A stretch of 32,000 bases of DNA, from NCBI GenBank assembly GCA_047651235.1, contig CP178758.1:780001-812000 (forward strand), written 5' to 3'. Positions 8,297-16,901 of this stretch are shown one piece after another. Below the pieces are notes generated by a model. The model did not search any database, was not told the origin of the DNA, and worked only from the letters and a program-made list of their open reading frames with translations. A program made the position numbers and the translations under genes. Source of the stretch: Candidatus Electrothrix yaqonensis (GTDB lineage: Bacteria > Desulfobacterota > Desulfobulbia > Desulfobulbales > Desulfobulbaceae). Numbering within the stretch: the stretch's first letter is position 1; each line of letters opens with the position of its first letter.

Positions 8297-10288
8297 ATGG
8301 CCAAGCCTAACCGCTGCGAAAGCTGTAACGATATAACCGCCAGCTCAACCCGTGACCTGCTCAACCAGGATCTTGCCAAACAGGTCCGTACAGCCTATGA
8401 CCGTATTGAAGACCGCGGCATGTCAGCCTGTCTGTTCGGCTCCGGCGGGACCTGCTGCCGGAACTGCAATATGGGGCCGTGTCAGATTATTGACGGGGTT
8501 GAGTCCATGGTCGGTATCTGCGGGGCCACGGCAGATACGGTTGCAGCCCGTAATTTTGCCCGTGTCGTGGCAGCCGGTTCCTCGGCTCATACGGATCATG
8601 CCCGCGAAATGGTGCGCGGCTTTATCGCCACCGCCAAAGGCGAGACCCCGCACGAGATCAAAGATGTGGCCAAGCTGCATGAGATGGCGCAGCTTTTCGG
8701 GGTTGAAACAGAAGGCCGGGATAAAAACGAAATCGCCATTGATTTGGGTGAGCGGGCTCTGGCTGAATTCGGCAAGCAGAATGACACACCGCTGACCATG
8801 CTGAAACGGGCGCCGGAAAAACAGCAGAAGATCTGGAAAAAACAGGGTGTTGAGCCGCGCGGGATTGACCGGGAAGTGGTGGAGATGATGCACCGGACCC
8901 ACATGGGCGTGGATCAGGAATATCATAATATTACCCGTCAGGCCTCCCGTTGTGCGCTGGCTGATGGCTGGGGTTCCTCCATGCTCTCCACTGAACTCAC
9001 CGATATTATGTTCGGGACGCCGGTACCTAAACGGGCTATTGTGGATCTTGGTGTGCTGCGGGAAGACATGGTCAATGTGACCGTACATGGTCACGAGCCT
9101 CTTTTGGCTGAGTCCCTCTGTCTGGCAGCCGAAGATGAGGAAGTCCAGACTTTGGCAAAAAAAGCCGGTGCCAAGGGTGTGAATCTGGCCGGTGTCTGCT
9201 GCACCGGGAATGAGATCCTAATGCGTCGGGGTATCCCGGTTGCCGGTTCCTTTATCCAGCAGGAAATGGTACTGGCAACCGGCGCAGTCGAAGCTATGGT
9301 TGTGGATGTTCAGTGCGTGATGCAGTCGCTTGCTCAGGCAGTAAAGGGAAAACATACCGACATCATAACCACCAATTACCGGGCCATGATGCCGGATGGC
9401 ATTCATATCCAGTTTGACGAGCATGATGCCTATGCCTCGGCCAAAAGAATTCTGGCCCATGCCATAGGTAATTTTAAAAAGCGAGGTCCTCATTATATTC
9501 CTCAGGATAAGAAATTCGATGTGGTGGTCGGCTTTTCCCACGAGACCATCAATTATATGCTCGGCGGTCGGTTCCGTCAGTCCTATCGTCCACTGAACGA
9601 CAACATCATCAACGGGCGTATCCGGGGTGTAGGCGCTCTGGTCGGCTGCGAGCATTACAAGCATTCCGATGATGTCCATTTTACCATTGCTACTGAGCTG
9701 ATCAAAAATAATGTACTGGTACTTGCTACCGGTTGTGCAGCCCAGGCTCTTGGTCGACGTGGTTTGATGCGACCGGAGGCAGCAACCGAGTATGCCGGAG
9801 ACGGGCTGCGCGAGGTCTGCGAGACCGTGGGTATGCCGCCGGTCCTGCATGTGGGATCCTGCGTGGATAATTCCCGCCTGCTTATCGCTCTGACCGCAAT
9901 GGTCAAGGAAGGCGGGCTGGGGGATGATATTGCCGAACTGCCAGCAGTCGGTTCCGCGCCCCTGTGGATGAGTGAAAAGGCAGTAGCCATCGGCCAGTAC
10001 TTTGTCACCAGCGGGGCTCATGTTATCTTCCAGGATCTGCCCATCAGCGGGGCCAAGAAATTCTCCGAGTATCTGCTCAAGGAGATCAAAGAGGAATACG
10101 GAGCCTGCTGGGGTGTTGCCAGTGAGCCGTTGGATATTGCCAAAGCCATGATTGACGCCATCGAGGAAAAACGCGAAGCCTTGGGCATCAACAAAAAGAA
10201 AGAGCGCGTACTCATGGATATGGCCATGCGCCGTGAAATCGAGGCCGGAAATGGACTGGCCGGGGCCGGTTGCGGCGGGCATGGTTGA
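8297..10288 (+). CDS. cooS: Ni-dependent anaerobic carbon monoxide dehydrogenase catalytic subunit (CooS/AcsA type)
   Basis: 663 aa. It has the N-terminal Cys cluster CLFGSGGTCCRNCNMGPCQI, plus HGHEPLL, GVCCTGNE and VGSCVDNSR. A GAGGAG RBS is present. Confidence 0.95.
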   Translation: MAKPNRCESCNDITASSTRDLLNQDLAKQVRTAYDRIEDRGMSACLFGSGGTCCRNCNMGPCQIIDGVESMVGICGATADTVAARNFARVVAAGSSAHTDHAREMVRGFIATAKGETPHEIKDVAKLHEMAQLFGVETEGRDKNEIAIDLGERALAEFGKQNDTPLTMLKRAPEKQQKIWKKQGVEPRGIDREVVEMMHRTHMGVDQEYHNITRQASRCALADGWGSSMLSTELTDIMFGTPVPKRAIVDLGVLREDMVNVTVHGHEPLLAESLCLAAEDEEVQTLAKKAGAKGVNLAGVCCTGNEILMRRGIPVAGSFIQQEMVLATGAVEAMVVDVQCVMQSLAQAVKGKHTDIITTNYRAMMPDGIHIQFDEHDAYASAKRILAHAIGNFKKRGPHYIPQDKKFDVVVGFSHETINYMLGGRFRQSYRPLNDNIINGRIRGVGALVGCEHYKHSDDVHFTIATELIKNNVLVLATGCAAQALGRRGLMRPEAATEYAGDGLREVCETVGMPPVLHVGSCVDNSRLLIALTAMVKEGGLGDDIAELPAVGSAPLWMSEKAVAIGQYFVTSGAHVIFQDLPISGAKKFSEYLLKEIKEEYGACWGVASEPLDIAKAMIDAIEEKREALGINKKKERVLMDMAMRREIEAGNGLAGAGCGGHG

Positions 10289-10298
10289 TATGTATGCA

Positions 10299-10320
10299 GG
10301 GGCGGTTCGCGAACCGCCCC
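10299..10320. repeat. Perfect 22-nt palindrome GGGGCGGTTCGCGAACCGCCCC (REP-like) after the cooS stop
   Basis: Self-complementary over all 22 nt. An identical core recurs at 24242-24263 after the hdrA stop. Confidence 0.75.
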
Positions 10321-10392
10321 CACGGCACATCGCAAGAAAAAATGTATAGATAATTTCTGCCCACAGCGGCGGATCACAGGCAAGGAGGATTG

Positions 10393-13032
10393 ATGAAATC
10401 GGGGAGCAATTTGGAGCGGGTGCTCCGGAGCGGCGCATTTGCCGTGACCGGTGAGCTGGGACCGCCAAAGAACAGTGACCCTGATGTGGTCAGAGAAAAG
10501 GCAAGGATACTGAAGGGCAATGTGGATGCAGTCAATATCACCGACTGCCAGACCGCCATTGTCCGCATGTCGTCCATCGGTGCCGGTCTGCTGGCGCAGA
10601 ATGAAGGCGTGGAGCCGGTTATTCAGATGACCTGCCGGGACCGGAACCGGATTGCTATGCAGTCGGACTTGCTGGCCGCATCTGCCCTGGGCCTGAAAAA
10701 TCTGCTCTGTCTGACCGGTGATCACCAGAAATTTGGCAATCATCCCGGTTCCAAGGGCGTGTTTGATATGGATTCCATCCAGCTGCTCGGCATGGTCCGG
10801 GATATGCGGGACGGAAAAAAATTCCAGTGCGGGGAGGAAATTAAAGGCAAAACCACCGATCTTTTTCTCGGCGCAGCCGCCAATCCCTTTGCCTATCCTT
10901 TTGAATTCCGGGCAGTCCGTATGGGCAAGAAGATTGCCAACGGCGCCGACTTCATCCAGACCCAGATCATCTACAATGTGGAGAAGTTCACCAAGTTCAT
11001 GGAAATGTCCCGTGATCTTGGGCTGCATGAAAAGGCGTATATTCTGGCCGGGGTAACCCCGCCCAAATCGTTGGGCATGGCCCGGTACATGAAGAAATTC
11101 GTGCCTGGAATGGATGTGCCGGATGAGGTGATCAAACGGCTGCAGGGTGCCAAGGACAAAAAACAGGAAGGTATTAATATCGCGGTTGATATTATCAATC
11201 AGGTCAAGGAAATCTCCGGTGTAGCCGGTGTCCATGTCATGGCCATTGAGTGGGAGGAGGCGGTTCCTGAAATCTGTGAAAAAGCAGGCCTGCTGCCGCG
11301 TCCGACCTTTGATGAGGCTGCCGAACCTGCCTTGGCTGCGGAGCCGAAGACCGAGGCAATTGAGGCTGTTGAGGTCAGAGGGGCTGTTGACCAAGCTGCT
11401 GCCGATGATATTCTGGAGAAGGCCAAGGCCGAAGCTGAGAAAATTATAGCTGCCGCCCGGACGGAAGCTGAGGCGCTCACTGCTCAGTCCGGCGGAGCGA
11501 CAACAGAAACTGCTGCATGTGAACCGGCAGCAGATGATGCAGGAGAACATGCAATGAATGAAAATGGACGTCGTGCGGCGTTGGAATCAGTCAATAAGGG
11601 ACTGGAAGCCTTGAAGAAGGCCTACGGGCTGAGTGATGATCAATTTAATGCCCTGATGAATTTTGTCGATGCAGCTTCGGTTCTGGGACAGGCGCCGAAA
11701 CCGTACAGCCGGCCTGCAGCTCCTTCTGCACCGACTGCTCCTGCTGTTGAAAAGCCTGCTGCAGATGATGCGGCCAGGGCGGAAGTAGAGGCCAAAGCTC
11801 AGGCAGAGGCCGAAGAAAAGGCAAAAGCTGAAGCTGCTGCAAAGGCCGAGGTAGAAAAGAAAGCGCAGGCAGAAGCTGCCGCCAAGGCGGAAGCCGAGGA
11901 AAAGGCAAAAGCCGAAGCTGCTGCCAAAGCGGAGGCAGAAAAGAAAGCACAGGCAGAAGCTGCCGCCAAGGCGGAAGCCGAGGCCAAAGCTGAAGATAAG
12001 GCTAAGGCTGCTTCGGCTGCTGCAGCGCCTTCTGATCTGGATGCTCCGGTGCTGGCTGCCGATGAAACACCCTTTGCCGAGCGGGCCACCAAGGTGCCTG
12101 CATCCAGCTACAGTATGGGCTACTCCGGCGCCATCCGGGAGGTCACCCTGGGTAACGGCGAGAACACCGTCACTGTAGGCGGGTCCACTTCTCTGCCCTT
12201 CCATCTTTTTGAAGGCGAGATGGGCAACAAACCGCTCATCGCGATGGAGGTCATGGATGTCCGTCCTGACAACTGGCCGGAGACCCTGAGCAGACATTTT
12301 GACGATGTTATGGACAGTCCGGTAGACTGGGCCAAGAAATGCGTTGACGTGTACAAGGCTGATGCCATCAATATCTGGCTGGCCGGAACCGACCCCAACG
12401 GAGCCAACCGTCCGGCAGCAGATGCGGCCAAAGATGCTGCCGCTGTCATCAATGCCGTGGACGTACCGATCATTGTCTGGGGCTGCGGCAACGCGGAAAA
12501 AGATACCGAGACCCTGCGTGAAGTCACCGCGCAGATCGGCGACAAAAAGGTCTGCCTGGCCCCGCTGGAGGACAGCAACTACCGGGCTGTCGGTGCAACG
12601 GCAATGGCCTTCCAGCATCCGATGGTGGCCGCCTCACCCATTGATGTCAACTTGGCCAAGCAGCTGAATATCCTGCTGGAGAATCTCGGTGTGCCCCTGG
12701 ATACCGTGATGATGGATCCCTCTGTAGGTGCCTTGGGCTACGGTATCGAATATACCTACTCGGTTATGGAGCGCATCCGTATTGCCGCCTTGACCCAGAA
12801 GGATGAAAAACTGCAGGTGCCGATCATCTGCAATCTGGGCCGTGAAGTATGGAAGGCCAAGGAGGCCGGGCTGCCCACAGATGACATGATGGGCGACCAG
12901 GAAAACCGGGGGGTCATGATGGAGGCAATCACGGCTTCCTGTATGCTGACGGCCGGTGGTGAGGTGCTGATCATGCGCCATCCCAAGGCGGTCAACATGA
13001 CCAAATCGCTGATCAACGGTCTGATCGGCTGA
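10393..13032 (+). CDS. metF-acsD: Fusion protein: methylene-THF reductase (MetF) domain, then a ~270-aa Ala/Glu/Lys-rich linker, then the corrinoid Fe-S protein small subunit (AcsD/CdhD) domain
   Basis: One uninterrupted ORF; ATG at 10393 follows AAGGAGG. The N-terminal ~300 aa are MetF-like (AVNITDCQTAIVRMSS, QMTCRDRNR, LCLTGDH, FIQTQIIYN). The C-terminal ~300 aa are AcsD-like (YSGAIREVTLGNG...VGGSTSLPFHLFEG, DAINIWLAGTDPNG, PIIVWGCGN, PSVGALGYGIEYTYS). No stop or RBS lies between the domains. Confidence 0.85.
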   Translation: MKSGSNLERVLRSGAFAVTGELGPPKNSDPDVVREKARILKGNVDAVNITDCQTAIVRMSSIGAGLLAQNEGVEPVIQMTCRDRNRIAMQSDLLAASALGLKNLLCLTGDHQKFGNHPGSKGVFDMDSIQLLGMVRDMRDGKKFQCGEEIKGKTTDLFLGAAANPFAYPFEFRAVRMGKKIANGADFIQTQIIYNVEKFTKFMEMSRDLGLHEKAYILAGVTPPKSLGMARYMKKFVPGMDVPDEVIKRLQGAKDKKQEGINIAVDIINQVKEISGVAGVHVMAIEWEEAVPEICEKAGLLPRPTFDEAAEPALAAEPKTEAIEAVEVRGAVDQAAADDILEKAKAEAEKIIAAARTEAEALTAQSGGATTETAACEPAADDAGEHAMNENGRRAALESVNKGLEALKKAYGLSDDQFNALMNFVDAASVLGQAPKPYSRPAAPSAPTAPAVEKPAADDAARAEVEAKAQAEAEEKAKAEAAAKAEVEKKAQAEAAAKAEAEEKAKAEAAAKAEAEKKAQAEAAAKAEAEAKAEDKAKAASAAAAPSDLDAPVLAADETPFAERATKVPASSYSMGYSGAIREVTLGNGENTVTVGGSTSLPFHLFEGEMGNKPLIAMEVMDVRPDNWPETLSRHFDDVMDSPVDWAKKCVDVYKADAINIWLAGTDPNGANRPAADAAKDAAAVINAVDVPIIVWGCGNAEKDTETLREVTAQIGDKKVCLAPLEDSNYRAVGATAMAFQHPMVAASPIDVNLAKQLNILLENLGVPLDTVMMDPSVGALGYGIEYTYSVMERIRIAALTQKDEKLQVPIICNLGREVWKAKEAGLPTDDMMGDQENRGVMMEAITASCMLTAGGEVLIMRHPKAVNMTKSLINGLIG
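11812..11979 (+). repeat. Two tandem 84-nt (28-aa) coding repeats inside the MetF-AcsD linker
   Basis: Units 11812-11895 and 11896-11979 differ at about 7-8 of 84 positions by hand alignment. They encode EEKAKAEAAAKAE(V/A)EKKAQAEAAAKAEA. Degenerate partial units flank them (about 11786-12010). Confidence 0.8.
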
Positions 13033-13044
13033 TGCGGCCCGGCA

Positions 13045-13064
13045 GGGTTCAGACGCCTGAACCC
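13045..13064 (+). other. Intercistronic stem-loop between metF-acsD and acsB
   Basis: GGGTTCAG (13045-13052), loop ACGC, then CTGAACCC (13057-13064), a perfect 8-bp stem. Outer CCGG/CCGG pairing is possible. Confidence 0.4.
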
Positions 13065-13117
13065 CGGAACGATGAACCTGAACTCTGAACCGTCTATACC
13101 ATAAGGGAGTTGTCTCA

Positions 13118-15325
13118 ATGTCAAAGATTATCTGTTCCGCAGCGATCCGCGGTGCGCAGAAGATCGTGGATATGGCTGAAGAATCCTATGAAGAGGCCCT
13201 GAAAAAATACGGCCCTGATCAGGAGGTTGCCTTTCCCAATACCGCCTATTATCTGCCGATCATCTATTCCATGCTCGGTGCCAAGGTGGAAAAGCTCGGT
13301 GATATGAAAGATATTTTTCAGGAGTGCCGCACGCTGCTGCCTGCCATTGTCACCGAGGATATCTGGCTGCCCTATCTGGGCCAGGCGCTGGACGCAGGCA
13401 TGGCCACATATTTTGCCGAGGAGATGTACGAGGCCATTGATTACCTCAATTCACCGGATTATTACACCAAGACAGAGGATCCCACTGCAGATAATATCTG
13501 GCTCGGTGCAGCAGATGACGTTATTTTCCGGAAGCGCGGCGTCGAGTTTGTTGACGGCACAGCACCCGGATTTGCCGCCATTGTCGGTTCCCCGGCAGAC
13601 CCGGCGGCTGCCTCGAAGATTGCCTTGGAGCTGCAGGAGAAAAACCTGTACATCTTTATGCATACGGAGTCGGACGGGAATTTCATGCCCGAACTGCTGG
13701 TGCAGAACGGCGTCCAGGTGGGCTGGAATACCCGGCTGGTCCCCTTCGGCAAACGCTATACCTCGGTGGTCTTTTCCATCGGTTTCGCCTGCCGTGTAGC
13801 CTTGGCCTTTGGCGGTGTCAAACCCGGCGACTCCAAGGGGAACCTCATATACAATAAAGAACGGACTTTTGCCTTTGTTATGCCGTTCGGTCAGGTCAGC
13901 GACGAGTGGTATGCCAATGCTGCCGGAGCCATCAACTGGGGCTTCCCCACCATCTCCGATTATGCCATCCCGGAGATCCTGCCCACCGGCGTCTGCACCT
14001 ACGAGCATGTGGTATCCAATGTGCCGCATGATGAGATTGTGCAGAAGGCCATTGAGGTGCGCGGCCTGAAGGTCACGATCAGCAAGATCGATATTCCCAT
14101 GTCCTTCGGCCCTGCCTTTGAAGGTGAGCGTATCCGTAAGGACGACCTGTTTATGGAATGCGGCGGCGGTCGGACCACTGGAGTTGAGGTCCTGATTTCC
14201 AAGGAGATGGACGAGATCGAGGACGGCAATGTCATTCTTGAAGGCCCGGATATCTCGGACATTGAACAGGGTCAGAACCTGCCCATTGCCATTCTGGTTG
14301 AGGTGGCAGGCCGCGAGATGCAGTCCGACTTTGAGCCGATCCTGGAGCGCCAGTTCCATCACCTGATCAACTATGTGCAGGGCATTATGCACATCGGTCA
14401 ACGGAACATCATGTGGGTCCGTATCGGCAAGGCTGCGGTAGAGAAAGGCTTTTCCTTCAAACATATCGGTACGGTTCTGCACGGCAAGCTGCATCAGGAG
14501 TTCGGCGCGATTCTCGATAAGGTGCAGGTCAAGATTTTCACCGTGCAGGACAAGGTCGAAGAGGTTATGGAGATTGCCAAGCAGGTGTATACCGAACGCG
14601 ACCTGCGCCTCGGTTCCATGACCGATGAGACCGAGGAGGTCTTCTACTCCTGTACCCTGTGCCAGTCCTTTGCCCCCAGCCATGTCTGCGTGATCACGCC
14701 GGAGCGAATCGGTATGTGCGGGGCCTACAACTGGCTGGACGGCAAGGCTTCCTATCAGATCAATCCGACCGGCCCGAATCAGCCTATTGACAAGGGGGAG
14801 TGTACAGATCCAGACAACGGCTACTTCACCGGCATCAACGAGTTTGTTAATCAGGCTTCACGGGGCGCGGTGACCGATGTCAGCTGCTACTCCCTGATGA
14901 ACAATCCCATGACCGCCTGCGGCTGCTTTGAGGCCATTGCCGCAATGCTGCCGCAATGTAACGGTATTATGGTGGTCAACCGCGACTACATGGGTATGAC
15001 CCCGTCCGGGATGAAATTCACCACCTTGGCCGGTATGGCGGGCGGTGGTATGCAGACTCCCGGTTTCATGGGCGTGTCCAAGCATTACATGACCAGTAAA
15101 AAGCTGTTCAAGGCTGAAGGCGGCATCAAGCGGGTCGTCTGGATGCCGAAGATCATGAAGGACGAAATCAGTGAGAAGCTGCAGGCAATCTGCGAGCATG
15201 TGGGTATGCCGGAACTCTACGACATGATCGCCACGGAAGAGCAGGGCACCACTGAGGAAGAAATTCTTGAGTTCCTCAAGGAAAAAGGTCATCCTGCGCT
15301 GGAGATGGAAACGGCTATGGGGTGA
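13118..15325 (+). CDS. acsB: Acetyl-CoA synthase (CO-methylating, A-cluster subunit AcsB/CdhC type)
   Basis: 735 aa. Contains FYSCTLCQSFAPSHVCVITPERIGMCGA and NPMTACGCFEAIAAML (A-cluster Cys motifs). An AAGGGAG RBS is present. Confidence 0.95.
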   Translation: MSKIICSAAIRGAQKIVDMAEESYEEALKKYGPDQEVAFPNTAYYLPIIYSMLGAKVEKLGDMKDIFQECRTLLPAIVTEDIWLPYLGQALDAGMATYFAEEMYEAIDYLNSPDYYTKTEDPTADNIWLGAADDVIFRKRGVEFVDGTAPGFAAIVGSPADPAAASKIALELQEKNLYIFMHTESDGNFMPELLVQNGVQVGWNTRLVPFGKRYTSVVFSIGFACRVALAFGGVKPGDSKGNLIYNKERTFAFVMPFGQVSDEWYANAAGAINWGFPTISDYAIPEILPTGVCTYEHVVSNVPHDEIVQKAIEVRGLKVTISKIDIPMSFGPAFEGERIRKDDLFMECGGGRTTGVEVLISKEMDEIEDGNVILEGPDISDIEQGQNLPIAILVEVAGREMQSDFEPILERQFHHLINYVQGIMHIGQRNIMWVRIGKAAVEKGFSFKHIGTVLHGKLHQEFGAILDKVQVKIFTVQDKVEEVMEIAKQVYTERDLRLGSMTDETEEVFYSCTLCQSFAPSHVCVITPERIGMCGAYNWLDGKASYQINPTGPNQPIDKGECTDPDNGYFTGINEFVNQASRGAVTDVSCYSLMNNPMTACGCFEAIAAMLPQCNGIMVVNRDYMGMTPSGMKFTTLAGMAGGGMQTPGFMGVSKHYMTSKKLFKAEGGIKRVVWMPKIMKDEISEKLQAICEHVGMPELYDMIATEEQGTTEEEILEFLKEKGHPALEMETAMG

Positions 15326-15346
15326 TTCGGCCAAAAAGGTAGTATA

Positions 15347-15393
15347 AAACGGAGATCAGGGATAGAAAATTGTTAAGATCTTGATCTCCGTTT
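15347..15393 (+). terminator. Hairpin after acsB
   Basis: AAACGGAGATCA (15347-15358) pairs perfectly with TGATCTCCGTTT (15382-15393). The loop is long (23 nt) and the T-tract is short. Confidence 0.4.
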
Positions 15394-15442
15394 AAAGCTG
15401 ATATTGAAAATATTACGCTCTTGCTCTGTCTAACAAAATGAA

Positions 15443-16168
15443 ATGATTAATCGACTGAAGCAAGTTTATTCTGAAAATACAATAGTAGGAATTGCCCTTA
15501 CCGCATTAGCAATATTTTTTGGACAGGTAATATTTCCAGAACAGGTTAAAGGTTTAATAGAATATTTAATTCCGCTGTTTATTATAGTTGCGTGTCTGGA
15601 AATTTTGTTTATCAGGGAAAATCTTAAAAAATTTAATTGCGACTCAGAATTTGAATACAATTCATTTAATTCCGGTGAGGAATTTGATAATTATTTAGCA
15701 AATCGATTTAAAACGGCTAATTCTGTAAAAGTTCTACATGTTGATGCGCAAACAATCCCTAAAAGAGAAAATAGAAGATACTACGATATAGCAGATGATT
15801 TCATAAAGTCAGGTAAAAGTTTCAGGAGGATTTTTTCTGATACAAGCAATGCAGATGTGTATCAGTGGATGCAAGAAGATCTTGAGAAGTTCCAGAAAGA
15901 TAGATATTTTGCTCATCTTTTGGACAAGGTAACAATACATAATATCCGAACAATAGGCATTATGTTAATTGATGACGAGGAAGTATGTCTTGGGGGCGGA
16001 TATGTTACTTCCTTTAAGCATCCAACAATATCGATCAAACATCCAGACATTGTTAAGTTCTTTTCCGATTATTTTGATTATTTGCGGGATAACTCTATTA
16101 ATCTGAAAACAGATGAAAAGATAAATATGGATATTTTGGAAGAACGTATTAATAATTTACCGACTTAA
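15443..16168 (+). CDS. AT-rich orphan: N-terminal two-TM membrane anchor plus a soluble domain of unknown function
   Basis: 241 aa. Hydrophobic segments are IVGIALTALAIFFGQVIF and LIEYLIPLFIIVACLEILFI. The soluble part (NSVKVLHVD...IGIMLIDDEEVCLGGGYV...) has no catalytic motif I can recognise. No Shine-Dalgarno is visible. Confidence 0.65.
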   Translation: MINRLKQVYSENTIVGIALTALAIFFGQVIFPEQVKGLIEYLIPLFIIVACLEILFIRENLKKFNCDSEFEYNSFNSGEEFDNYLANRFKTANSVKVLHVDAQTIPKRENRRYYDIADDFIKSGKSFRRIFSDTSNADVYQWMQEDLEKFQKDRYFAHLLDKVTIHNIRTIGIMLIDDEEVCLGGGYVTSFKHPTISIKHPDIVKFFSDYFDYLRDNSINLKTDEKINMDILEERINNLPT

Positions 16169-16200
16169 TTATTTTAGAAAAATGAAAGAGGGCCTGCAGG

Positions 16201-16815
16201 ATGCCGTACAGCAGCTTCAAATCAGTCGGTGAAGTAAGTCAGAAATTTGATATCGAAGTACGAGCCGAATCGTTTATAGAAACAAAAGAAATTCAGGTGT
16301 TGGAATATATTTCTTCCCGTCTTGAAGAGAAGTTACGAGAGGACGCCTACTTTATTAATGAATTTGCTATCTGCGAGCAAATTATCAGCCATATACTGGA
16401 TGCAGTTGCGGAACAGCATAAGCAGCTCCTTGTCTGGTCGCACATTTCTTTCAATGTAGACAGAGAACAGGATTTGGTCGGTGAGCCTGATTACCTGATT
16501 GCCCCAAAAACAAAGCACGGTGTCATGTCTGTTCCGCCTCTTTGTATCATGGAGGCAAAGCAGGAAAAATGGAACGAAGGTTGGGCACAGACCTTGGCGG
16601 AAATGTACGCAGCATCGCTTAAAGGGGCAGAAACATGTTACGGTGTTGTCACCACGGGTAAGGCATGGGAATTCGGCAAGTTTGAGTACAGCATCTTTAC
16701 CAGAGACCCGACGCAGATATCGGCTACAGAAAATTTACAGAAAGTGTTTGATGTATTGAATTGGTTATTCGGCAAAGCCTACCCTGGCAAGCAGAATGCA
16801 CAGGATAGGGCGTAA
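16201..16815 (+). CDS. PD-(D/E)xK nuclease-superfamily protein (HsdR-N-terminal-like family, function unknown)
   Basis: 204 aa. The motif is GEPDYLIA (D97) ... CIMEAKQEK (E118, K120). The preceding NEFAICEQIISHIL helix is typical of this standalone family. The start lies 32 nt after the previous gene. Confidence 0.7.
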   Translation: MPYSSFKSVGEVSQKFDIEVRAESFIETKEIQVLEYISSRLEEKLREDAYFINEFAICEQIISHILDAVAEQHKQLLVWSHISFNVDREQDLVGEPDYLIAPKTKHGVMSVPPLCIMEAKQEKWNEGWAQTLAEMYAASLKGAETCYGVVTTGKAWEFGKFEYSIFTRDPTQISATENLQKVFDVLNWLFGKAYPGKQNAQDRA

Positions 16816-16901
16816 TTATAACAAATTAACAGCTGCCGGGCGGACAGGAGAGCGTATCCCCCGGTGTTCTGATTCTGGTTTTTGAACAGGAGGATAAATA
16901 A

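Noticed and set aside
9218-11550. Very long minus-strand ORFs (9218..10468, 416 aa; 10018..11550, 510 aa)
   Set aside because: They are antisense to cooS and metF-acsD, which have unmistakable family motifs. Their translations are low-complexity (Arg/Gly/His-rich) with no recognisable domains, which is typical of GC-rich antisense frames.
11587-12618. 343-aa and Ala-rich minus-strand ORFs (11587..12618, 11799..12092, 11645..11950)
   Set aside because: They mirror the GCN/GAR-rich linker repeat on the plus strand. Low-complexity antisense frames stay open by composition alone.
13451-14683. 410-aa minus-strand ORF inside acsB
   Set aside because: It is antisense to a strongly supported acsB and has no motifs. 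It is a compositional artefact.
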